Assembly: GCF_009914755.1 (NCBI RefSeq)
Contig: NC_060927.1
Origin: the human T2T-CHM13v2.0 reference genome, Homo sapiens
DNA length: 64,000 nucleotides
Strand: one strand, 5' to 3'
The translations under genes and the position numbers were made by a program. Below, in pieces: positions 24,695-38,478 of the stretch. Within the stretch, counting starts at the first letter, position 1, and every line of letters begins with the position of its first letter. Below the pieces are notes generated by a model. The model did no database searches and was not told where the DNA came from. It saw only the letters and a program-made list of their open reading frames with translations.

Positions 24695-25047
24695 TGCACT
24701 GGTCAGCGGGGGCTAGGTTGTGTTGCAATAACAAAAACTCCCCAACTCTTAATGCCTTAAAACAGCACAAATTTACCTCTTCCTCATCTTGCGTGTTCAT
24801 CAAGGGTAGGCAGGTATCTGTTCCATGTCACTGGTAGTCATTTGGCAGAAGGAAAGGGAGCACTAGAGGGTCTTGGATTGGCATTAAATGGCCTGGTTCA
24901 GAAGTGACACATATTACTTCTATTTACAACTCACTTTCCAGAGCTAAAATTATGGTCTAATCCCACCTCAAAATGGCCAGGAAGTACAGTTTTACCATAT
25001 ACTGGAACACAGCTAGAAAAAAATGGCAAATTGCATTGAGTACCACA
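24695..25047 (-). mobile_element. MLT1 (J/K-like) MaLR LTR
   Basis: gctaggttgtgttgcaataacaaaaactcccc...cagaagtgacacatattacttc...accaca. Confidence 0.65.
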
Positions 25048-25349
25048 TGACAACCACATGCTGTCATTCTTTTTTTCTTCTTCACATTTTTATTTCTGCA
25101 TCCATGCCTGCGTGCATCTGTGCACCCACCCACCCACTTATCAAATGTTTAGTGAGTACCCACCCTGTGCCCAGGTATGGCTTTTAGGTGCCAAGCATAT
25201 GGAGATAGAAATGTTCTTTGGAGAAGTTAATAATTTTGCTGAAGTTGTTCAAAATCTGTCCAATTTTTCCAGGCTATAGCTGGACTCTCCATGAAGACAG
25301 CCAGTATTAATGGATTCTTCCTTGACAACAAGTCCTTGATGGTGGAGCA

Positions 25350-25595
25350 TAATAATTATTAATATTTAGTTATTATTGAGCCCTTACAATAAGCCAGATA
25401 ATTTTCTAAGTCTAATTTAACCCACACTACAGCTTTGAGTGGTAGGCTATATTATGCCATTTACAAATGAGTAAGTTTAACTTCACAGGGGTTAAGTTGC
25501 TCGTTCAATATCATACAGCTACAAGGTGGCAGAATTGAGATTTAAATTTGGACTTTCTGAGTCCAAGTCCTTACTCTTCAATGGCTACATTACAC
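25350..25595 (-). mobile_element. MIR SINE
   Basis: ttattgagccctta...atttacaaatgag...ggtggcagaattgagatttaaa...ctgagtccaag. Confidence 0.75.
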
Positions 25596-28001
25596 TTATC
25601 TTTAATGCTCACGCAATTTTTTTCTCTAAATCGTAGACCTGGAAACAACAAACAGACAAAGATTATCCTCTGCAGTTGTACTGTGAGGGCTTAGAAGATA
25701 GAAATCATCCAGTGATTTCTGATCATTGGATTCCTTTTTGATGAATGAATAAAGGAGGGAGAGAAAGAGAGGGAAAGAAGAAAGGGAGAATAGAGAAAAG
25801 CAAAGAAGGAAAAAGAAGGAGGAGTGAAGGAGGAGGAGAGAGGAGCTGATTCTTTTCACATGGAATGCAAATCTTGCCAGTGAGGTGGTGTGTTCCTGCG
25901 TGAGAAGGCAGGCAAATGCTTGTATCCTGAGGAAAGGTGTTCTGCAAATCGTTGGCATCACTCTCATAACCTGATCATCAGCTCTGTCCCTCAGTCTACC
26001 AGTTCTGTGCCTCAGCACGTCTCATTACGCTGAAGAGGTTCTTCAGTCTACCACGTCTGAACCAACTACAATTAAACACACAGATGTATTCCTCCTCACT
26101 CGGCTGCTAAAAAGGAAATATTTTTGAAAAATATGACAAGTCAGTATCACAGCTCGAAGAAACTGGAGGAAGGAAGAAAGGGCTACAAAGAAGGCATTAA
26201 ACAGAGCTTTTAAAGGTCACTCTCTGATTTTGTGTGTTACTTTCCAAAGAGATATTTTCAGATTAAAAAAAAAAAACTGTGAATATAGCAATTATGGCTA
26301 GCCTCTGGCCTGTGCAGTTAAATAATGGTTTACATCGGGGATCAACAACAGTCAGTGAGGCCTGAAAGCACTGGCTTTTTCTGCAGCCTGACCCTGCATG
26401 CCCAGGTCCAATTTGTTTTCCACGATTACTCTGTCCTTATCAAAAGAACAATCTGCAATCCCATGCTGTTCTTATCTGGTGCCGGAGCCTTAGACTGTGT
26501 CCTATATATCGATATAAGGCTTGGAGTAACCTAGATTCATGTAATAATGCAGCTTCTAAACGTTTTAATAAAGAGGCCTCCCTTAGTGACTTTCAGTCTC
26601 CAGCCTCACAGGTCAAATTGCTTTGTCTGTGTTCACTCCTTCATTGGCGAGTGTGTGTGTACCCCTGAATATGCATGTGTGTGTATGTCTATGTGTGCAT
26701 GATCATGCATATGCTAGTGACTACTGTGTTGGCAACTTTCATCCTGGAGATAATGTGTAAGTGCTTAATTGCATTTGCTATTTAGCAATTAACCACTTGC
26801 AGGTGCAACTAGTTGTGAGCACAGTTCTGCATGTGTGACTAATTACAGGTGTAAAATATTCACCTCTTCAGTTCTCATCATGGCTCAGTGGGGCTCAATG
26901 CTAATTCTCTCTTGCCATCTGGGTTCAGACTCATCCGCTGGCCAGAGGATCTCCTCAGGAGAGGGGTCATGTTGGGGAGGCAGAGGTGCTGTTTTAGAGC
27001 AAGAAGGGAAATGGAAGTGAAGGAGAGCAGGACAGAGTGCCTGAGAGACTGCAGGGAGTCAGAAGCTTAGCTATGAGCATCTTCCCCACCATGCTGCCTG
27101 TGCAAAGCAGAGGACTAGCTGTGTTCTTGGACCTCCATATCAGGACCTGGCATCTCCTTGGTTGGAGCCCCCTGTGAGGGGTGCTGGCTTTCTGAAGGAT
27201 CTGCAGAAGGCATCTGTCTCTCTCCTTAGACCCTTTGCATAGGCAGTGACCCAAAACCTCATAGACAGGTGGTTGATGGAAGTCTGGACAAGTTTTTAGA
27301 AAGTGTTTACTCTCTCAGCAGTATTGCCACCATGCTGTGTGATGGCTGCATCTTTGGTCCCCGCAATTCATCTGCAAAGTAGGGGTGACACCCTCCTCCA
27401 CCTTCCTAGTGGAACTCCAGGGTACCTCAAGGGTTAGGTGAATGTGGACTTGCCTAGTGAAGATCAAATGCTCTGTCCTGCAAGGGATCAGGGTAACTCT
27501 TGGGTGGTCATAGGGAGTTTCTCACTTGTAATATTTTCACAGTAAAAGTCACTAAAGGGGTAAAGAGGATGAAGAAGTAGGAACTAGAGTAGAACCCCTG
27601 ACCCTGAGTTTCATTCACTGTGTCTGTGCCTCTTTGCATTGCCAGTGGAAAGCAGAGGTCTGAGAACAGCTTTTTGATGATCCTCTTCTGGGTGAGGATC
27701 ATCCTCTTGGTGGCCCCACAGCTGTGGGCTCCACTGCAGCTCGGCCGTCTTCCCTCACCACTGATCCCACCACCCATGTGAACAGTGACCCTGAGAGTAG
27801 CCATCTGAGAGCCCCTCTCCACAGCTTGAAGTCTGGATGGGATGGGGCTTCAGAGAAGGGAGAAGTGGGAGAAGGCAGTGTCCAAAGGAAGAATAAAAGC
27901 CAGGATGTGGCTGGGACAACATCAGAACAAACAGAATATTTAAAACTCTTCAAGAAGCCTTTCTGGAAGATCTGGGATAGGGGAATCAGCTACTCTTCTA
28001 G

Positions 28002-28117
28002 GCCCTAGAGAGGGAAGGGCCCTCACCTGGGCCCCAGAGAGGGAAGGGCCCTCACCTGGGCCCCAGAGAGGGAAGGGCCCTCACCTGGGCCCCAGAGAGG
28101 GAAGGGCCCTCATTTGG
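28002..28117. repeat. Minisatellite, 4 x 29 bp (gccccagagagggaagggccctcacctgg)
   Basis: Units start at 28002, 28031, 28060 and 28089; units 2 and 3 are identical. Confidence 0.97.
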
Positions 28118-28603
28118 GACCCAAGGAGGTCAGAGCTCCCAGCCTAGGAACTTGCACTGAGCCATCCTTGCCACATTAGAGGGATCACAGCAGATCCAGG
28201 TATGTGCCTCCAGTGTGTGTGTGGTCAGGGGAGTAATGGGGGGAAAGCCTTGAAGAGGCCTAGCGAACTGAGTGCGGGGGCTAGGGGCGAGCCAGAGAGG
28301 AGGGTGTGAGGATGTGGCCTGAGGCAAAGGGAGAGATGAGGTAGCAGAGGTAGAGTAGTTATGTCACAGTCCACTTCATGGCTGGAGTTAGAGAGCTTGG
28401 TGGCATCAAAAAAAGAGCTGTGGATGAGTGGGAGAAGCTGGGCCAGTGTGGACCAGCACCCTGATGTAAGGTTTTCCGTTGAGTACTTTTTATTGCACAA
28501 TGGAACTTGGCTTACCAGTTCCTGACTCTTGGTTTCTGACTCTGGACCACTTTCAGTAGACTACCCTACAAGAGTTGGCTTGTTCCCTGGGACCTCTGGT
28601 GTG

Positions 28604-28904
28604 TTTTGTTTTGTTTTTTGAGTTGGAGTCTGGCTCTGTTGCCCAGGCTGGAGTCCATGGTGCGATCTCAGCTCACTGCAACCTCCACCTCCTGGTTTCA
28701 AGCAATTCTCCTGCCTCAGCCTCCCGAGTAGAGTAGCTGGGACTACAGGTGCGCACCACCACACCCGGCTAATTTTTGTATTTTTAGTAGAGACAGGGTT
28801 TCACCATGTTGCCTAGGCTGGTTGGAACTCCTGACCTCGAGTGATCTGCCCACCTCAGCCTCCCAAAGTGCTGGGATTACAGGCGTGAGCCACCATGCCC
28901 GGCC
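28604..28904 (-). mobile_element. AluS (Sx/Sz-like)
   Basis: Full antisense dimer ending caccatgcccggcc. Confidence 0.95.
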
Positions 28905-29039
28905 GGTGGGCTTTAATGGAGTGCAGCAGAGCAATTAAAGATGGTTTTCTCTTGGAATCATTGTGAACTGGTCCTTTATACTTTATTTCACCAGAGATTC
29001 AAAAGCAAGAAGGACGTTTCTGTATCTACTCTACCACTG

Positions 29040-29185
29040 GCTACTTGTGCCTCAGTTTCCTCTCTCTAAAATGAGATCATAATAGAACCTATTTCCTAGG
29101 GCTGTTGTGAGGACTAAATGAGATGAGTAACATGCCCAGCACATTCGATGGACAGAGAAAACCCTCACTAAATATTAGCTACTCA
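29040..29185 (+). mobile_element. MIR 3' fragment
   Basis: tgtgcctcagtttcctctctctaaaatgagatcataatagaacctatttcctagggctgttgtgagg. Confidence 0.85.
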
Positions 29186-30156
29186 AGTTACTCCTGTTTT
29201 GTTCTTTTAGTTCACTGAGGCTCCTTTCTTCCAAAAACATCTGCCTCCACCTAGATTGATTTGAGAGGTGGTGTCAGTGTTATCTGTTGGCTTTAGATAG
29301 CAGAAGCCCATAATTCTGAGATCAGTACAGTTTAAGCCTGAATCACTGGCTTATTCATAATAGCAAATGACTTTGGAGCCTGCTGGGAAAACCCTGGTCA
29401 GGAGTCACACATGCAGAATTCCAGCCAAGCAGAAAACATGTTTGCCCCAGATAGTGACTGTCAGACACAGATTTCACTCCCAATAACTTGGGAATGAAAC
29501 ACAAATAAGGAAGTCTGCATTTCACATGTCTTCTTAGATTACAAATTCAGGCTTAGCACATTAGGTCAGGATGTGATAGCTCAGATGCCAGCTCTTCAGC
29601 TTTATTCCACAAGCACCGGGAGTGACTCTTTTCCAGATGATTACAGAATGTGAGTGCTGGAAGAATCCCTCATGATTATTCCATGAAACCAAATTTTTCA
29701 CTTGAGAAAAGTGGTGACAGGGTATTCAGTGAATTTATCAAGGGTGGGCCAAGTAGGGGTGCTTTGTCTCTGAGATGGTTCCTTTTAAGTCATTCCTGTC
29801 AAATGCAGCGTGGCATAGACAAGGCTTTCTTAATTGCCATTCCTCACAAATGAGCATGTGCATTGACATATGTCTTGTCTGTGTGCGTGGCATGGACCAT
29901 CCCAGCCAACATGCGGCTGATTCCAGATGTTAGCTTGAGGGGCCAACTCAGGTTCAGCATCAGCCAAAGCACTTGGAAATACCTAAGTGATGTCATGATC
30001 CCATTTACGCATCTGGAGGATGGAGGCCTGGAACATAAAACTCTTATTTTCCAGTCCATATTGGACCTTAGTCTAGCCTGTGTTCTTCAGACTTTGCGGC
30101 CAAAAATGTTCTCTAAAATGTCAGGTTACTATTATAAACTTTTGATTTAAAGATAT

Positions 30157-30158
<2 letters not shown>

Positions 30159-30205
<47 letters not shown>
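30159..30205. repeat. (AC)n microsatellite, ~23 units
   Basis: Direct reading. Confidence 0.98.
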
Positions 30206-30206
<1 letters not shown>

Positions 30207-30716
30207 CCCAAACAAAAACAAGAGACCTATTTTCCATCACTGGTGCATCATTCATTAAAGGAAGGTCAGCTTAACACCAACAAAAAATTTTGTAATTGTA
30301 ATCTCAGAATTTAAACATTTAAGGATTCAATATTTATGAAAATTATTGCAAAAATTCAATCTTTGTGAAAATCTCACCACATTGCATTTAGCCCTTTTGT
30401 GTTAATAGAGTCTTCTCACCTCTGTCAGATCTGAGTATGAAAACAACTGGACTAACCTGAATTTATTAATAGAATGAAGGGCATCCCTTTCTTACCTTAC
30501 ACAACCCATCAAGATACTTACACAGAGGGAACTTTGACCATGAAATACTGGGCACTCACTATTCCTCAAATGTTAGCCTATCATGCCTAAATAATAGTAA
30601 TAACAGTAACAACAACAACAATAATAATAATAATTACTAACATTTATTAAGCATATAATACGTACAGGCATTGTCTTAAGTATATTGCGTGCGTTAATTT
30701 ATCTAATCATCACAGC

Positions 30717-31437
<721 letters not shown>

Positions 31438-32938
31438 ACAGCCCTATGGGTATATACTTTTATCAGCTCCATTTTGCTAAAGAGGACCTTGAATCTCAGA
31501 GTTGTGACTAGCATGAACAAGGTCAAATAGAAATCATGGAGCTTGGCCTTGTTTAATTCTCAGTTGGCATCCATTAAGAAGCAGGCCTTATGTTGAGATG
31601 GGAGGAAGGCCCAAGTCCTTGATCTCCTGTCTGAGCCAGTAGCTCTGTCCTTCTGAGCCACTGTACAAGACTCTGTTGTGGAATAACTGCCAGGCCAGAG
31701 GGGCTGTTATTACAAAAAGGAAAGACTAGAAAGTCCTGAACTCAGGGCTGGGCACAAAGGAGGGAGCTCAAGAAATGTGAATGGAATCTGCTGAACAAAT
31801 TAATGAGCAGTATTGTCATTGGCATTCCTTTGTCTTCAACTTCATGTGTGCAGTCACAGTCCTAAGCAGACTATATATTTTTTTTCAAAAAAGAGCAGTT
31901 AGCCTAATCAAATGAGTAAACATAAGCAGAACTAATGACTGTTGGGTTCTATAAATTGTGTCTTGAAATGCTAACGGCCCTAATAAGAGCATCCACAGTA
32001 AATGAATGCACCATTAGGCTGAAAACAGGATCATCAATACCAGAATATGCCCACTCCTCCTCCTTCCCCATTTATTAGAGTTGGCTGCCCATGAGAGATA
32101 CATGGTACAAGTATTCAGGTAACCCTATCATGCGGTTTTTACTTGTATTACTCACAGTGATTTGTATGTATAGTAATCCTTCCCCAACCACAGATTCTCT
32201 TTTTATGAAATTCTGGTATCCTTGAATTTATTTCTGTATACTTGGAGAATTTCTGTTCTAGGATATTCAGGTTTTTGAGTCACTGCTGTTGGGTATAATT
32301 TAGAAATAGAGAAACTGGTGGGTGGTAGGAGAAAAGAGTAGAAGGCAGAACAGGAGATGTTTCACAATGCAGCCTTGGCAGAAGACCTGGGAGTGCCTTC
32401 TCCTGTTCACGTCTGCTCTGGGAAGGGAATTGAGATGTGCTGACCTAAGCTCAGAACTCTAGGCCAGGGACTGAAGAGCTCTGCTGTCTATCATGCTCTA
32501 TTTTTAAGGGAGCTAAGAATTGGACCCCTACAGAGCTCTTTTGAGTAAGTTAAATAAAGATTCCTGCAAGTGTTTCAAACTTCCCGCTTACTGTGTCTCT
32601 GGCACCACGGTGGAAGTGGTGAAGCAGGATCACAGGTGACATAAATCAGAAAGGCTCTGAATATTTGATTGGAGGACAAGATAGGGAGGAAAGTGAATTT
32701 ACTGCACCAGAGGGGGAACATTACAAATGCCTTATTGAAACTGTGGAGAGGGAGATTCTGAAGATTTTTGTATTCAAGGCTAGCAAATGGGAATTAACTA
32801 ACATGGAAATCATTATTACTATAACTTATACAAAACGCTGTTGATATTCTACTTATGTGTGTGTGATGTTTTTATATTAGAAAAGACTTTGCTTTTATTA
32901 AAGTTACACATTTCTATTGACATTTCAATACACACGCC

Positions 32939-32990
32939 TGCACACGCACGCGCGCGTGCACACACACACACACACACACACATATATGTG
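32939..32990. repeat. Alternating purine-pyrimidine tract with (CG)4 and (CA)n
   Basis: tgcacacgcacgcgcgcgtgcacacaca...catatatgtg. Confidence 0.9.
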
Positions 32991-34029
32991 AATGACTCAA
33001 AATAATCCAGAAACTACTATTGTTAAATTTAGGTCAACATCACTTTAGAGCTGTATCTATAAGCTATCTTCACTGTAACTAGAAAGATGGATGGCAAGTC
33101 AAAACTAATTTTAGAAAGATGTGATCACGGTAATCTTTAACACATTAATTTAATTGTGTTAAATGTAAAGGAAGAAAAATAAATGAATATAAATGGAAGG
33201 AATTGCTACATTTGATAAATGCTTCTTCACCACAAGATATACTCTTTCCTGGAAGATTATTTTAAGATTAAGAAATAATTTTATAGAAACAATGAGATTT
33301 AAATCACTATTTTAAAAGTCACACTTCGATTTTAAATAGTACCAATTAACCCCTTGCTATGAAAGATGAGGAAGTTGGTATACTTGACTATTTCTAATAT
33401 TTCTTCACCTTTCCCCACCTCCCAATTTTTACTACTTTTAATTTCTTTTTTTATTTTAAGGTTTATAACTTGTTTTGGTTTTATTTATGTATTTAAAAGA
33501 ATGTAACAATTCTTGGTTGCTTTATCACAATTTCTCCTTACCAAATTCATTAATTTATCTCTTAGTTGATTGAATTTTGTTATCAAAAAACTTTCCCCTC
33601 TAGAAGGACTCTCTCCCTTCCCTGAGATTCTAGTACATTCAGGAGAACCTCAGCCTATGAATATAGCTATAGAGAAGTCTGAAGCTAACCTATGTTTTCT
33701 TTTGAGGTGATTTATTTATTCTATTTGCTGGCTGAATAATTCTTTCTTTATCTTTGAAATTCAACAATTTCACCAGGCTATGCCTTTGCCCCTGCTGATT
33801 CTTCCTTCATTTTAAGAAATTTTTTTATTATAAGCTCTCTGAATATCTTTTTTGTTTGTTTGTTAGTTTTTGTTTTTGGATAGAGCCTCTAACTTAGGGA
33901 TGCTAGTAATCCTCCATATACTATTGTGAGCCGTTTCTTTGTTCAGAACTTATTTTCCATGTATTTTCTCCATGTTAATAGTTCAGTTTTAAACTCTATC
34001 AATTATTTAGCCATTTCTTTTTTATTTAC

Positions 34030-34309
34030 TAGTTTTATCTGTCAGTATCTGCAGAGATCTGTCAGTATCTGCAGAGAATTTGTACCAGGACTCCTGGGGA
34101 TACTGGGGATCTAAGTCCCTTAGACAAAATGGTATAATCTGTGCTCATTCTCCTGTATATTTTAAATTATCTCTAGATTACTTGTGGTACCTACTACACT
34201 GTAAATAACTTATACTGTATTATTTTTATTGTTGCATTTAAAAAATGTTTTTGATCCATGGTATGTTGAATCTGCACATGTGGAAACCATGAAAACAGAG
34301 GGCCAACTG
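34030..34309 (+). mobile_element. MER2 (TcMar-Tigger) MITE
   Basis: ctcctgtatattttaaattatctctagattactt...gttgaatctgcacatgtggaaaccatg...gagggccaactg followed by TA. Confidence 0.8.
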
Positions 34310-35129
34310 TATTGTTACTTTGATCCACAATTTGTTTCCTGAACTCGGCAATCTCCCTTTTATATATTATTCCATTATATTTGGCTTTTGAGCTTTTGTA
34401 TTATTGAATTCTTTTGGAAGTTAAATCCTTACGGATAACTTTCTTCTATTTCTTGGGGTACATTTTTTTCCACGTGGAGCTCTTTTTCTGTCTTTTTCAT
34501 GCTATGCTGCTATATTTCTTTCTTGTTTTTTCTAAGGCAATTGAGAATGAATTTGCATATTTGCCCTGCCGTTTCTTTTCATTTGTGCTCACATTTAAGG
34601 GCAGCTCTGTACAGACCTCTTGTTTGCTCTAATGTGGGCTGGGTAATTCCTCCTTGACTCTGCCCACTTTGTCTGAGGTTCATTTGTCTTTATACCCAAG
34701 CCACAGTTTAATTGCCTGGATATGTCTCCTATCTCCCTTTCTGTAACTGTGGAGGAGGGCTGGAAAGTACAGATGCATCGGTGTACAGGCTTTGATGCAC
34801 TATCACTGTCTTCTCTCTCTCTTAGACTTTGTTAAATACTCGCAACCAGGGCTGGTCTTCCTTGGTTTGAGGTAGTGGTGGGGTAAAGCCTTGGTATTCA
34901 AATTGTTTTCCTGCCTCAGAGTGGAGATCTGCAGTTTATGTTTCCATACGGGCATCAGCCCTGAAAAGAAAAATATTTTTAAAAATACCCTCTCAGCATG
35001 CTCCTTTCCAGCCCTCCAGATAAAGGGGTCTAGAGGAATTTCTCAGAACTCTAGCTCACTAGTGCTGCTGCCACTGGCTCCATGGACCTCACCCCTTGCC
35101 CCAGTGCAAACACTCTCCCCTGGCTGAGC

Positions 35130-35450
35130 ACCCCTACTGAGGGCCTGCTCTTTGTTCCTTGCCTGCCCCACATTTTCTTTCAACTTGAGGCCTTTCCAAT
35201 ATTGATCCCTCTGCCTGGATTGCACCTCCCTTTCTTCCCTCCTCATTCCCTAAGTCAGTCTCACCTGACCCGTCATGTCCCCAGGGAGTCTTGCTGACCC
35301 CTCCAATGAGACAGAGTCCCTGTTATTTGCATGCACAGCTCTCTGCTCCCCATGGTAAGTATTTTGCTGCTTCTCCAGGTTGTGGTGTGTGGTTACACTT
35401 TTCCAGGACTTCCCTTTGATGGGTAAATCTAGAAGCAGGCCCATTTCTAG
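35130..35450 (+). mobile_element. L2 relic
   Basis: ttgaggcctttccaatattgatccctctgcctggattgcacctccc L2-like. Confidence 0.55.
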
Positions 35451-36699
35451 GGCTGCTTATTTCCATAATCCTTCTCTACCTGCGACTCCCTCAGCCCCCA
35501 CTTTTTTTTAGCTGCATTTTAGAAACTTTAAGCTTAGGTCACCTGTGAGGAAAAATTGGCTTTCCTTTTTTAGTTTTTTAAAGGTCACACTCTCAATGAG
35601 CTTAATGTTGGGACCAAAAAGACAACACGGGGGGCCAGGGAAGACTGTGATTTATGGTGCTGGGACACTAGCCCAGCACTCAGGGGGTGATCCAGGGAGC
35701 AGGCGGGCTGCTCTTGGAGAAGATGACGGCCTGGAGTCTGTTTTCAGGGCCCTGCTCTGTAGGAGTCTCTCATTTCAAGCCATAGGCTGTGGGGCCTTGG
35801 CTTTGCCTCTGAGAGAGCCAACCACGCACAGCTCTCTGTGCGCAAAGGACACATGCTGGTCCCAGGACGACATTGCCAAGCCTCCGGTCAGTATGGCAAA
35901 GGCAAGTTTGTTTCAGTTCTTGTTTCCTGAGAAAAAGAGGTTGAAGCAAGACAACCATGCCACAAATACTGAGTGAGCATCTGCTACGTGTCAGGCCCTG
36001 TCCTAAGCATTTTGAGCACAAGTACAAGGTGATCCCTGCACAGCGGAAGGGTCTTTCCTAGTGCTTTGGCTTCCAAGGTAAATGGCCTCAAAATCCCTGG
36101 GGCTCACAGCCTTCAAGTGCCTGCCTAAAGGGAACAGAGTGTGTAGAGTCTGAAAGGGGAGGAGACGGGGAGCCTTGTTGTCTTGTCTCACCCTCTCCAC
36201 ACTGTGAGTTCCCTGAGGGCAAGGCCTGTGTCATTCACCTCTCTACTCACAGTGAGGCAGGAAATGGAACAAAATCTCACCCACTTCCTTATTGCTGTAT
36301 TTGCTTCCCTGGGTGCTTGAATTCCATCCCTTCTGACCTAAACCACACTGACCCCACTGTCACAGCCCCTGAATACTGGATTTCTAACCCTCATTTCCCT
36401 CCAGTGTTTGAGGCTGACTGATGGACTCCCCACTGCCAGCTCCACCAGCCCTGGCCCATCCTCATGTGTCACCTGCCTTGTGAGCTTTTCTGAAAGCTTC
36501 TCCTGAGAGTGCACTTGTTCCCAACAGGCATCTCAAAGTCCAGAATGATGTCCTGCCTGGTTGGAAGGGGTCCTGTTCCCCAGTAATCCCCATTAAGAGG
36601 TTGCTAGTCTGCAGTTCTTGCTCTGTCTGTTTCTAAGCCAAAACAGCACAGGCAGTTGGCTGCCCTGCTGCCAAAGCAAGGCCTGGGAAGCAATCCAGC

Positions 36700-36940
36700 C
36701 TCATCCTGATGTTAGACGAGCAAGTCCTGGGGAAACAGATAGATCTCATCCTGGCCTCAGAGGGGACAGCTAAATTGTCAAACAGCACACTAATGGGGGC
36801 TGCTGACTGCACAGGTATCTCTGGGTTATAAATGCCCAGCACCAGAGAGCCTCCTAAGTCACCAGAGGACAACTTTATGATCCAGAAAGTAAAGAACTGG
36901 AACAAGATCAGCTTGTGACAGGGATCAATTGATCGGGGAC
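36700..36940 (+). mobile_element. L3/CR1 ORF2 (endonuclease region) relic
   Basis: gaggacaactttatgatccagaaagta = EDNFMIQKV, resembling CR1 'DNFL.QKVEE'; a degraded 'MGDFNYPDICW'-like segment lies upstream at ~36794. Confidence 0.45.
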
Positions 36941-37169
36941 TGGAGAGAGCTTGGCCCGGGAGTTCAGAACTCCATAAAACTTCCAAGCTCAGCACTTTCT
37001 TGGGGGACCTGCACTGGCCCCAGTACAAGGAGCCCAGAAAACTGACTGAGAGCTCTGGAGGGATGTACAGTGTTGGCCTGCAGCATAGATGAGGGCTAGG
37101 AAGGAGCTTCCCTGAACTTCCCCAGTTCATTCTGTCACTACTCTCAGCCCAGTTGATTATGAGCCTCCT

Positions 37170-37730
37170 TTTTGGAAAAGATTTCAGTGGCTCCCCATCA
37201 CCCTTAAATGTCAGACTAGTCTCCTTGGCATGGCAATCAGGACTTCGTGAGATCTTAGGTTGATGAGCTTGCCAGCTTCATTCACATCTTACAGGGTTTC
37301 TACCTCTGTGTTCCAGCCACATTTAAAGTCTTGGGTTTCCCCAGTTGTGATGTAAACTGTCACCTCTGGGCTGTCATACAAGCTGTTGATTTCTTTAGCC
37401 TTGAAGGCCATTCTTCCCCACTTTCTATTCATTTGGATTTCTTTCACTGAACCTTCAGGTTTTAGCCCAGATGCCATCTCTTCCATGAAGCCCTCCGGGG
37501 TTAGGTACCCCTTCCATGTGCACATAATACGTTCTGTCATGGCACTTGTCACACAGTGTATTTGCATCTTCTGTTTACTTGTCTATCTCCCCAGCAAGAT
37601 CTTTGTGGGGTGGAGTGGGAAAGGATGTTTATCATTTTATTTATTGTTTTATTCCTAAGCCATCATGCTGCGTCTGACACATGGAGAATATTTGTTGAAC
37701 AAATAAGCGAATGAATGAATAAATAAATAA
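37170..37730 (+). mobile_element. L2 3' fragment
   Basis: ttcagtggctcccc...ccatctcttccatgaagccctcc...aatatttgttgaacaaataagcgaatgaatgaat tail. Confidence 0.85.
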
Positions 37731-38052
37731 TATGATAAATATATGAAATATCATGATAGTGGGAAAAAAGTTGGACCCTCCCAGGGCATCCCCTCTCCCT
37801 GTCTGCACTGCTTTTGACCCCTGCCCAGCAGGCATCTGAAGCTCTTGAGATACAGTCATCACCCACTGATGCCACATCCCCATCTTCTGTCATCCCGTGC
37901 CTGGGAATGTTCTTCTTCCTCACAGTACTTCCAGACTCCTCAAGTCATAGCCTCTTCCACGAAGGACCCTGGAATTTCTTGTCTGGCAAAATACCCATTG
38001 TGCCTGCCCCACCCTCAAGGTCTCTCAGTATTCCTTGCATAGCTCTGTCTTC

Positions 38053-38184
38053 ATTTATTATTTTTTTAGAACTGAGGTCTTACTATGTTGCCCAGGCTGG
38101 CATTGAACTCCTAGGCTCAAGTGATCCTCCTGCCTCAGCCTCCCATGCAGCTGGGACTTCAGGCACATGCCACAGTGCCCAGCC
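38053..38184 (-). mobile_element. FLAM Alu monomer
   Basis: ggtcttactatgttgcccaggctggcattgaactcctaggctcaagtgatcctcc single arm. Confidence 0.88.
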
Positions 38185-38257
38185 TATATAGCTATATCTA
38201 AGCACTTTCTTTGTTACATTTTCATTGCATATTTTAATGTTTCATTATGGTTTTCTA

Positions 38258-38447
38258 AAACTTTTTATTGAGATAATTATGTATTCTCACGAAGTTTTAA
38301 GAAATATTAAGAAAAACCCATTTACCCTTCATCCAGTTTATGCTAATGGTAACACCTCATGTAACTATAGTACCAAATCATAATCAGGAAATTAACTTTG
38401 ATACAATTGATTGACTTTAGTCAGATATCACCAGTTTTACATACACT

Positions 38448-38478
<31 letters not shown>

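Larger units (their letters stand above)
32870..35000 (-). mobile_element. Ancient LINE relic, HAL1/L1ME-like
   Basis: T-rich antisense text. Shares ttctttctttatc...aatttcaccagg with similar relics at ~40780 and ~54780. Family name from recollection. Confidence 0.5.

Noticed and set aside
28002-28117. 29-bp repeats as a CRISPR array
   Set aside because: Head-to-tail units without spacers, no cas genes, and primate DNA.
33136-33163. tttaacaca...tgtgttaaa hairpin
   Set aside because: Short AT-rich stem inside a LINE relic; too weak for a miRNA or terminator call.
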